From the IMG/VR virus record IMGVR_UViG_3300036770_004513: a stretch of 55,141 bases of DNA; one strand, given 5' to 3'. The DNA is from an uncultured virus (IMG/VR IMGVR_UViG_3300036770_004513) (lineage: Duplodnaviria > Heunggongvirae > Uroviricota > Caudoviricetes). The number at the start of each line of letters is the position of its first letter. Within the stretch, counting starts at the first letter, position 1. The notes below the pieces were generated by a model. The model was given only the letters and a program-made list of their open reading frames with translations. It was not told the origin of the DNA and made no database searches. Shown here one piece after another: positions 37,798-44,925 of this stretch. The position numbers were made by a program, and so were the translations under genes.

Positions 37798-38474
37798 AAT
37801 TTAGATGCAATAACGATTGGTTTAAAGTTGATAGCGATTCCTTGTGTTGAATCAAACAACCAATTAAAAGAATGAAAAACATCCCTTGGATCTGTGGAAA
37901 GGCAAAGAACTTTGGTGTTGCACCAGGCAATTAAAGGAGAGCACTGAGAAAGGAAATTGCCGGCCTTATCGTTTTCTACCAGACCAAACTCATCTAACAC
38001 CATTAATTTAACATTACCTAAACCAACGAATTGAGATAAGTTAGAGTAGGTGTGAAAGAGAATTTTTGAGCCATTCTTAAACATTATCTGGTTGTTATTA
38101 ACCACTTGTGGCTCACACGATCTAGGTAAGTGGAGAATCCAGTCATCCATTTGTCGCCTAAAACTTCTCCCTGTTGAAATGTTTTCCGTAACAATTACTA
38201 CGTTTACATTTTTATTATAAAGCGCATAATAAAGGGCATAAGCATTACCAAGAAATGACTTACAATCACCTCTTTTCATCTTGCCGACAATAGAATGATA
38301 CTTATGAAAAGAGTCGATAATGTAACGATACTCCGGTTTATAGTCACCTTTAAACCGAAAGATGTTATGCTCTATGAACTTGGATGGATCATTTTTTAAA
38401 ATATCATAGGCCAAGGCGGTTCTATAATAGATTTTGGTTAGGTTGTTTATTAAGTTGTGTAGATGTTTTCTCAT
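37794..38474 (-). CDS. Stand-alone terminase large-subunit ATPase-like protein (degenerate)
   Basis: KMKRGDCKS (cf. RQxGKS Walker A), VNVVIV, FKNGSKI, LMVLDEF (Walker B), VLCLST (motif III); no nuclease domain. Confidence 0.55.
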   Translation of the reverse strand: MRKHLHNLINNLTKIYYRTALAYDILKNDPSKFIEHNIFRFKGDYKPEYRYIIDSFHKYHSIVGKMKRGDCKSFLGNAYALYYALYNKNVNVVIVTENISTGRSFRRQMDDWILHLPRSCEPQVVNNNQIMFKNGSKILFHTYSNLSQFVGLGNVKLMVLDEFGLVENDKAGNFLSQCSPLIAWCNTKVLCLSTDPRDVFHSFNWLFDSTQGIAINFKPIVIASKL

Positions 38475-38494
38475 TGGTTTAAAGGAGTTAAAAA

Positions 38495-38701
38495 TTATTC
38501 TAGAATGATGTCACAACCATCATTACCTAAGTTTAATGGCCAAACTTTTTTTACTACATTCGATGAATTATTGCCACAACTAAACCACACTTCAAATTCC
38601 TCCCCATTATCATTACTATCAGGTAGAGCACTTAAGATTTCTTTGAGTTCTCGAATAGTAAGCGCATCAGTTGTGAATGGACTGGTTCTTATATCAATCA
38701 T
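38495..38701 (-). CDS. Hypothetical protein
   Basis: LTIRELKEILSALPD motif common in small phage proteins. Confidence 0.5.
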   Translation of the reverse strand: MIDIRTSPFTTDALTIRELKEILSALPDSNDNGEEFEVWFSCGNNSSNVVKKVWPLNLGNDGCDIILE

Positions 38702-38739
38702 TTTTATGGGTTATGCAATTGTTATTCTTTTACTGGGAT

Positions 38740-38925
38740 CTATCCATAAAAAACGTTTTTATTTAAAACATAAGTTTTCCCATTTACTGTAATTTTACCG
38801 TCTCCTTCTCCAGTCAAGGCTTTTCTTAATTGTTTGCTGGCCTCAGGATCTCTGAGTATTTCTTCTAATTTTTTAGAGATGGGGAGTTTCATAGACTTAT
38901 TGGTGTTTTTGTATAAAATTAACAA
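38740..38925 (-). CDS. Hypothetical protein
   Basis: Likely starts at the internal MKLPISKKLEEILRDP. Confidence 0.45.
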   Translation of the reverse strand: MLILYKNTNKSMKLPISKKLEEILRDPEASKQLRKALTGEGDGKITVNGKTYVLNKNVFYG

Positions 38926-39604
38926 CTTCTTGAACTGGTAAAGTGTCTATAAAGTGTTCGGTCATTCCACGACCCATACTCATTTCATTTAGTGGTGCTT
39001 TATATTGTGAAAACTCTTTAAGAACTTTCTTTTCCAAGTTCCAAATATCTATGGATTTTCCAGACCATTCACCAAGAAGTTCTGCTGTTTCTTTTTTACG
39101 ATATAACCAACCCTTATAAGACCTACCGACCTTATATTTACCGTTGTGTAGTTTTATAAAATAAAGTTTATCGGGTCTTTCTGGCTCTTTACAAACCCAA
39201 CCAATAGAATGAGGTCTTGGTTTCCCTTTAAATGGACTTACTTTTCCTGTATTTGCTTTTTTAGTTGCCTCTATCGCCTTTTGAGAGCAAGACTTTCCAT
39301 AATTTGGATTATTTTCTCCAGCATAACTCCTTCTAGATTTCCTTATTTTTTCAGCAAAATCTGGGTCTTGTGCTGGATTTCCATAATCATTTTTTATGCG
39401 AAGTTTAACACCATTTTCAACTAAACATTTTCTAATCCAAACCATACCACAACCAAGAATGCTTCTAATCTCCTTCATAGTTTTACCATCTAAGTAAAGA
39501 GATATTATTCTTTCTGGAGGGTAGTTATTTATTAAATTTTGTCTTCTTTCTTCATTCAATTTAGAGAGTGCATTCATACACTTTTCAGTCGTTCCTCTTC
39601 CCAT
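38897..39604 (-). CDS. Free-standing putative homing endonuclease (HTH + NUMOD3-like + GIY-YIG/T5orf172-like)
   Basis: IISLYLDGKTMKEIRSILG (HTH); GENNPNYGK..SPFKGK (NUMOD3-like); LYFIK..KYKVGRS...LEKKV...TEHF; directly downstream of psbA with its own TATAAATA. Confidence 0.65.
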   Translation of the reverse strand: MGRGTTEKCMNALSKLNEERRQNLINNYPPERIISLYLDGKTMKEIRSILGCGMVWIRKCLVENGVKLRIKNDYGNPAQDPDFAEKIRKSRRSYAGENNPNYGKSCSQKAIEATKKANTGKVSPFKGKPRPHSIGWVCKEPERPDKLYFIKLHNGKYKVGRSYKGWLYRKKETAELLGEWSGKSIDIWNLEKKVLKEFSQYKAPLNEMSMGRGMTEHFIDTLPVQEVVNFIQKHQ

Positions 39605-39635
39605 TTTACTATGACCTCTATTCCAGACTCATTAC

Positions 39636-39643
39636 TATTTATA
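39636..39643 (-). promoter_or_regulatory. T4-type late promoter TATAAATA for the free-standing endonuclease
   Basis: Exact consensus overlapping the terminator U-tract, about 31 nt upstream of ATG 39604. Confidence 0.75.
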
Positions 39644-39668
39644 AAAAAGGAACTCCGAAGAGTTCCTC
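39643..39668 (-). terminator. Intrinsic terminator downstream of psbA
   Basis: GGAACTC-TTCG-GAGTTCC hairpin with a UUCG loop, followed by TTTTTT. Confidence 0.85.
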
Positions 39669-39696
39669 TTTATTATACCACTATTCAGTTGTTATA

Positions 39697-42600
39697 TCAA
39701 CCGATTGAAGGTGCCTTGAGAGCGACTTCTTGAGTAGAAGCAGCAGCAAGGTCAAGTGGGAAGTTGTGCTTCCATTTTGGACTATATCTTCACCATACTC
39801 TTTATGAGGTTAGGTGTCGGACGCTAATGGTGTATTACATAGGGCGCTCCCTAAACCACCTAGTCTCTGAACCTTCCCTAGAAGCGTCTAAGGCTTGGAT
39901 GCTGATTGCCCGTCAGGGGTTCCAGCAATTCATCCGAAGTTTACCTTGTCCTTTCAGGCAAGGGCGCCCACAAATCGAGCGTTGCGTTCATGCCGTTTTG
40001 TTATCGTAAGAACTCTTTATTTCTTACTTCTCTATGTCGCCATAGAGTCCAGACTATCTCTTCATCCGTTCTGGATGCTGGGCATTCGTGGGTAGATTAT
40101 TGTTGGAACTCACTACCTAGTCGTTAGACCTGCCGAAGAACCTGTGTCCTCTTCGGATTGGTACGGGATTGTCTACCTGAGAGTTTCCCCGTTTAACCCA
40201 GTTTTTTGTATAAACATTCCTGCTTATAGGTGACTACACTTATGAAATCACCTCAATACCTAAATTGGCTTTCGTTAATACATCAGACCAAGTAGGAATT
40301 ACCCTCATTTGGTTATCAAGAATAGAATGATTATAGTTTAGGCCGTTAAGATTGAAACCTGCGGCAAAAATTCCAGCGGATGCAAACCAAATACCAATAA
40401 CAGGTAGTGCAGCCATTACAAAGTGTAATGATCGACTATTGTTAAATGAGGCGTATTGGAACAAGAGACGACCCAGATAGCCGTGTGCGGCGATCAGTGA
40501 ATACGTTTCTTGCTCTTGACCGAATTTGTATCCATTATTTTGAGATTCAAATTCAGTTGTTTCACGGACAATTGAAGATGTTACGAGAGAACCCATCTCT
40601 CTTCTTTATTTTCATAAAGCATGGACTATATCATCATCCCATAAGGATGTCGGGCGCTAATGATGTATTACTTAACACGCTTGTTAAACCATCTAGCCTC
40701 TGAAGTTTCCAATCAAGTTCGTGATTGGCTTACCTGCTGATTGCCTTATCATCGAATTTTTCACAAGACCAACCATATAAATTCTTGCGTTAAATTTGTC
40801 GGTCACGGTTTTGTTACGAGGCTTTTTATTTAGTCTGGTAACAATTTCAATGACTTAGGTTTCCAGCAATTCACCCGATTTTCACTTGTCAATTACTCAA
40901 CAAGGGCACAGTTTTCTATGCGTTGCACTAATTAAAGCGCCACCGAACACACCTACTACTCCCAACATATGAAATGGCGAGAGAAGAATATTATGCTCTG
41001 CCGAAAAAACAAGCATAAAATTAAATTGACCAGAAATTCCTAGAGGAAATCCGTCACTAAAACTACCTTGCGACATAGGATAAGCAAGAAAGATTGCGGT
41101 AGCTGCAGATACCGGAGCACTATAAGCAATCGCAATCCATGGCCTTGCCCCAAGCCGATAAGAAAGTTCCCATTCACGACCCATATAAGCAAAAATGCCA
41201 ATAAGGAAGTGGAAAACAATCATTTGATAAGGGCCTCCATTATAGCAGTTGGAGGACATATGTTTCCATATGGACTGGACTATATCTTCACCTTATTTTA
41301 TTAAGGTGCTGGGCGCTAATGTCGTATTACAGGTCACGCTTGACCTACCGACTAGTCTCTGAACCTTCCACAGAAGTATCGTCTGTGGCTTGGCTGCTGA
41401 TTGACTTATTTTCTATAATCCAACTACAAGAAATACCACTAGTTAAAAGTCTTTCTCCATTAGCAACTTTATTAAGATGCGATGGACTAACTTGTACTCC
41501 ATACTTATCCAAAATAATAGAACAAACAGTTTTAAGTGTTTTGTCTTCTTCTGGATTGTAAATAACATCTCCAAGATGCTTCCCAATAGTTCGTTCAGTT
41601 AGTTTTTCGTAAATGTGAAATACTTTACTATACTTTCTATTGGAAATAGTTTCTTGTGTTGCATTTCTTGGATTTTTATAGGCATAATTGATAAGATTTC
41701 TACCAATTTCTTGCCTAACACTTCTAGGTTGCTTGAGAGCAGCAGCACGGAGTTGCCCACTATCTCTAGCAATTTTACCACCTTTTTTACCAGCAAGAGA
41801 AATAACTTGTTCTATTATTTCTTCCTTTGAGGAATATCCCGCTAGTGCTCTCCAAGCAATCTTATCTTCTTCATTTCCCCAAAGACACCAGTTACAATAA
41901 TGAAACATAGCGTGTTGAGTTGGAGAAACTTCAACAAGATTTTGTGGCTCATTGGAACCACCAAGATATTTCGGAATAAGATGATGTTTGTGTTTTATAG
42001 AAAACTTAGCTTTCCAGCAATTCACCCAGTTTAAAGTGACCCAATATTATTTATAGAGCCACTCGTCTAGACTCATTGCTTCCCAAATTGGATAAAGCAC
42101 ATAATCCATAAGTTTCCTTATGGGGTGGAGCACATCATCACCCTAAAAGGGTGTCGGGCGCTAACTCGGTATTACATAGGAAGCGTCCTATACCCGATGC
42201 TCTCTAGCGTTTCCATTCACGCCTGAATGGCTTACGACGGGATTGCCCTATCTATAAGACTTAGGTTTCCCCGTTTTCACCCGATTTTCTTATACCATTA
42301 CTGATATAAGGCACCCTTTTCAAGAATGCAATCCAATCGCATTTGAACTCGGAACTACGGCACCACTGATGCTCTCTTACACCTATTCATAAGACCAAGG
42401 TATCTTGTAAGAGATTAGACTATATCTTCATCCTTTATTTAATAAAGGAGCTGGGCGCTTAATCTTGTTATTAAGGGGACTCAACCCCTCAAGTAGTCGT
42501 TGAAGTTTCCTTGAGTGTACTCAAGGCTTACCTGCTGATTGGGGTGGTCTTCCCGTTCCAGCAATTCACCCAGTTTGCTTTTCACGATTACTCGTAAATG

Positions 42601-42848
42601 ACACCATCGTTGATGTTGTTACCGTACATAAGAGATCCAGAAACAGGTTCTCTAATCCCATCCAAATCAACAGGAGGTGCTCCGATAAATGCAATAATAA
42701 AAACAGAAGCGGCAACAAGAAGGCACGGAATCATCAATACCGAAAAATGCCCAACGTATAACCGATTATTGGTGCTTGTTACCCAATTAAGATAACGCTC
42801 CCAAAGATTTGATTGCGACCGACTTGGCGCAATAATTGAACTAGCCAT
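39697..42848 (-). CDS. psbA: Photosystem II D1 protein in 7 exons: join(42848-42613, 42371-42326, 42097-42057, 41245-40918, 40593-40247, 39993-39978, 39768-39697), 361 aa
   Basis: Exon lengths 236+46+41+328+347+16+72=1086 nt, i.e. 361 codons plus TGA. Junctions restore GNNI/ISG, GLH/LYP, EWL/YNG, ATH/GSL, EVM/HER and RNA/HNF; the protein ends [21 protein letters not shown]. Confidence 0.95.
39769..39977 (-). ncRNA. Group I intron 6 of psbA (209 nt)
   Basis: P1 CGCU|CG..UG GGCG; P AATTGCTGGAA, Q AATCAGCA, R TCAGAGACTA, S AAGATATAGTCC; terminal G before CAC AAC. Confidence 0.92.
39994..40246 (-). ncRNA. Group I intron 5 of psbA (253 nt)
   Basis: P1 GGUGAU|...GUCACC; P AAACGGGGAA, Q AATCCCGT, R CTAACGACTA, S AAGAGATAGTC; terminal G. 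Confidence 0.9.
40594..40917 (-). ncRNA. Group I intron 4 of psbA (324 nt)
   Basis: P1 GCAU|AG-AAAA-CU GUGC; P AATTGCTGGAA, Q AATCAGCAG, R TCAGAGGCTA, S ATGATATAGTCC; terminal G before GGT TCT. Confidence 0.92.
41246..42056 (-). mobile_element. Group I intron 3 of psbA (811 nt) encoding an HNH endonuclease
   Basis: P1 UGGCU|C...GGGUCA; P AATTGCTGGAA, Q AATCAGCAG, R TCAGAGACTA, S AAGATATAGTCC; ORF looped out between P and Q. Confidence 0.92.
41345..42025 (-). CDS. Intron-encoded HNH homing endonuclease
   Basis: [34 protein letters not shown] motif; GKKGGK linker; C-terminal helix-turn-helix-like [14 protein letters not shown] start uncertain. Confidence 0.85.
   Translation of the reverse strand: MNCWKAKFSIKHKHHLIPKYLGGSNEPQNLVEVSPTQHAMFHYCNWCLWGNEEDKIAWRALAGYSSKEEIIEQVISLAGKKGGKIARDSGQLRAAALKQPRSVRQEIGRNLINYAYKNPRNATQETISNRKYSKVFHIYEKLTERTIGKHLGDVIYNPEEDKTLKTVCSIILDKYGVQVSPSHLNKVANGERLLTSGISCSWIIENKSISSQATDDTSVEGSETSR
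42098..42325 (-). ncRNA. Group I intron 2 of psbA (228 nt)
   Basis: P1 GCAU|UCUU..AGG GUGC; P AAACGGGGAA, Q AATCCCGT; variant P7 GAGCA/UGCUC; terminal G. Confidence 0.9.
42372..42612 (-). ncRNA. Group I intron 1 of psbA (241 nt)
   Basis: Exon ends in U and intron ends in G; P1 ACAU|CA..UG GUGU with U.G pair; P AATTGCTGGAA, Q AATCAGCAG, R TCAACGACTA, S AAGATATAGTC. Confidence 0.92.
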
Positions 42849-42859
42849 AAAAGTTTAAA

Positions 42860-42972
42860 AGAAATAAGTGAATCCAGGGAAGATTCTTAACTTAATTTCC
42901 TTCATCACCCTCAGATGAAGGCATAATAAGACGTATTTAACGTCCCATAGGTCTTGGTTAACGGGACGGTAG
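42860..42972 (-). ncRNA. Structured psbA leader RNA, PhotoRC-II-like motif
   Basis: CGTCCC..GGGACG hairpin with loop AAGAC complementary to downstream GTCTT; CCTTCATC-tgagggt-GATGAAGG hairpin with loop AGGG complementary to downstream CCCT; located 5' of a phage psbA as described for PhotoRC-II. Family assignment is from memory. Confidence 0.65.
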
Positions 42973-42989
42973 CTCTCAACTACTATGGT

Positions 42990-43047
42990 AGTGTAGCACA
43001 CTATTTAAGCATTTGTTAACAGTGTGTGCCAATCGAGAAAGTGTCAC
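42990..43047 (-). promoter_or_regulatory. Probable psbA promoter with the shared upstream motif
   Basis: GTGACACtttctcgaTTGGCAcac..TTAACA-18 nt-TACACT with TG extension. Confidence 0.55.
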
Positions 43048-43379
43048 GGGGTTGGTTCTGGGCCAAATTCCTGTTTCAATTTTTCGTACTGTTGCCTTCG
43101 TTTTTCTTTTAAAGTTGCTTTTCGTTTTAAGGCAGAACTTTCTTTATCAACTGATTTTGATGCCCTATTATTATATTCTTCTAATCTTTTGTTATACTCG
43201 GCATCAGTCTCAAGGTGATAACGAATTGCCGTTTCACCATAAAGTTCTTCATAACCATCTTCCTTAAGTTTAGTCAAATCATCAATAAGCATACTTATGT
43301 TGCTTTGATACCGTAGCCGGCCAATGTATTTTCGTTCTGGAACGAGTTTCTTTACGGGTTTTTTCATAATTTGTGTCAC
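43044..43379 (-). CDS. Hypothetical protein, paralog family A
   Basis: LIDDLTKLKEDGYEEL..AIRYHLETDAEYNKR...YEKLKQEF; tandem paralog of 43376-43693. Confidence 0.65.
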   Translation of the reverse strand: MTQIMKKPVKKLVPERKYIGRLRYQSNISMLIDDLTKLKEDGYEELYGETAIRYHLETDAEYNKRLEEYNNRASKSVDKESSALKRKATLKEKRRQQYEKLKQEFGPEPTP

Positions 43380-43693
43380 GGGGTTGGATCGAACTCTCTC
43401 TTAAGTTCTTCATAAAGCTTTCTGCGGCTCTCGACTTTTTTCCGCTCTTTCTCTTCTTGTTTCTGCAATTCTTTCATTCTCTTGGCGAGTTCATCATCAG
43501 TCTCTGGTCGATAACGAATAGCACTTTCTCCATACTCTAAATCCCATGCGATTTCCTTATAGCCCGCTGCCTGCAATTGCTCAAGTTGCTCAATAAGGTT
43601 TTCGATAGGACCACAAGACAAGTCTATCTGGGTTTTTTCTTTAACAAGCTCTCTTTCAGGATTCGTTTTCATAATTAGATTCACTCTTTTCAA
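43376..43693 (-). CDS. Hypothetical protein, paralog family A
   Basis: LIEQLEQLQAAGYKEI..AIRYRPETDDELAKR...YEELKREF. Confidence 0.65.
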   Translation of the reverse strand: MKRVNLIMKTNPERELVKEKTQIDLSCGPIENLIEQLEQLQAAGYKEIAWDLEYGESAIRYRPETDDELAKRMKELQKQEEKERKKVESRRKLYEELKREFDPTP

Positions 43694-43913
43694 TAAGTTT
43701 AGCAGCTTTTTTCTTTTGGCGGATTTCTTTTGAACGTTTGATGCGTTCTAGCATTCGTTTAACAGATTCGACTAATTCATCATTAACCCTGCGTAGTTCT
43801 GCGGTTGATTGGGCTAGTTCGTCATTAGATTTTCGTAATCTCTCATTACATTTTCGTAATTCTTCATTATTGTTTTGCCACCGTTTAAGTCTTTCCGCAT
43901 CTTTTTTGTCCAT
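43656..43913 (-). CDS. Coiled-coil hypothetical protein
   Basis: Heptad repeats NEELRKC/NERLRKS/NDELAQS. Confidence 0.55.
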   Translation of the reverse strand: MDKKDAERLKRWQNNNEELRKCNERLRKSNDELAQSTAELRRVNDELVESVKRMLERIKRSKEIRQKKKAAKLIEKSESNYENES

Positions 43914-43916
43914 AAG

Positions 43917-44237
43917 TCATTCTCGCTCTTTCTCAAGAATCTCAATTCGATCTTGCAGTCGTTTACACGTAACTACAAGAGCAGCTAAAACACGAGCAGT
44001 ATTTTCTGGATTAGTAGTTTTATCTTCAAAATAGCCACCAGAAGCAATTTGATCTTCAATTGTTTCTAAAGTTGCATAATAAACTTCGGCTTCTTTATCG
44101 CCGGGCTCAAAATATTTGTACCCGTAAATAGGTGAATAATTACTTCGAGAATTTAATTTCTCTTTATAATAATTGTCAATTAAGTCATTCATAACGGTTA
44201 GAATAAGGGGAACGCATTTCGTTAATGTTGGTGGCAC
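43917..44237 (-). CDS. Hypothetical protein
   Basis: Likely starts at the internal MNDLIDNYY. Confidence 0.5.
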   Translation of the reverse strand: MPPTLTKCVPLILTVMNDLIDNYYKEKLNSRSNYSPIYGYKYFEPGDKEAEVYYATLETIEDQIASGGYFEDKTTNPENTARVLAALVVTCKRLQDRIEILEKERE

Positions 44238-44421
44238 AGAAGATTGTTACATCATAAGCCTCACCATCATTGCAAAAGAACTCAGTTCGGTGGCGTTGGC
44301 CATCAGGCTCTTGTAGGGCGGCTGTAAGGGCTGTGTGAAGCGTCTGAAGGGACTCTCGATCGCCTGTGATAATAACAGTGTCGTGAGGGCCTGTTTGGCC
44401 GTAGACGTGAAGGGTGTTCAT
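44185..44421 (-). CDS. Hypothetical protein
   Basis: 78 aa; LHVYGQ..PHD.VIITG pattern; coupled to neighbours. Confidence 0.55.
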   Translation of the reverse strand: MNTLHVYGQTGPHDTVIITGDRESLQTLHTALTAALQEPDGQRHRTEFFCNDGEAYDVTIFCATNINEMRSPYSNRYE

Positions 44422-44666
44422 TTAAGATACTCCATAATAAGTTCTCTTACATCATTAACCGAAATAAGGCGTTGGTTAAAGTCTTCGAAAGATTGTTTTT
44501 CTATGAGATCAGTTAGGGCTGCAGCAATAGCTGTCTTGGCGCCTCTAAGTCTCATTAATTTTTCATAATCTGCAGTAGAGATCCCCGTGTATCCCAATTG
44601 TTCCACTGAAGTAGAACCCTTTAAATAGGGATCTAGGATTTGTTCATTAGTCATCGCCATAACCAA
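44418..44666 (-). CDS. Hypothetical protein
   Basis: 82-aa ORF within an operon-like run. Confidence 0.5.
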   Translation of the reverse strand: MVMAMTNEQILDPYLKGSTSVEQLGYTGISTADYEKLMRLRGAKTAIAAALTDLIEKQSFEDFNQRLISVNDVRELIMEYLK

Positions 44667-44838
44667 AAGTCACTCGGTAATCGTTCCCAAAATCTAGGGC
44701 TTCGAGAGCAGAAATTAAATCCTGAATAAGCTCTTTTCTCTCTCTATAGTCAAGACAATGTTCCATTTTAACACCATCTAGATCAATCGAGACACTTGTT
44801 AAGTAGTCGTCAATTTTTCGGGCCTTTAGTGAAAGCAT
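44647..44838 (-). CDS. Hypothetical protein
   Basis: Its ATG lies inside the left 91-bp direct repeat. Confidence 0.55.
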   Translation of the reverse strand: MLSLKARKIDDYLTSVSIDLDGVKMEHCLDYRERKELIQDLISALEALDFGNDYRVTFGYGDD

Positions 44839-44925
44839 AATAAGTCTTTGTTAACTGCGGTTATCATAACACAATCTGGCGGGGTTCAAACAAAAAGTGG
44901 ACAGCTGTTGAACTGTCCACTGTTA
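44835..44925. repeat. 91-bp direct repeat, copy 1 (stem-loop + promoter + ATG)
   Basis: Matches 46272-46362 with 3 mismatches; contains the palindrome AGTGGACAG-N8-CTGTCCACT and a TATGAT -10 on the minus strand. Confidence 0.95.

Noticed and set aside
39697..42848. psbA as a fragmented pseudogene or as separate ORFs (42588-42848, 40897-41259, 40240-40596)
   Set aside because: All gaps have group I intron hallmarks, and removing them gives a full-length in-frame D1 with intact ligands.
39697..42848. Alternative genetic code or stop read-through to explain the broken psbA
   Set aside because: The interruptions are insertions of 209-811 nt, not single stops, and other core genes read normally in the standard code.
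39697..42848. D1 as chlorophyll f synthase or a rogue D1
   Set aside because: Those classes lack several Mn-cluster ligands, whereas D170, E189, H332, E333, D342 and A344 are all present here.
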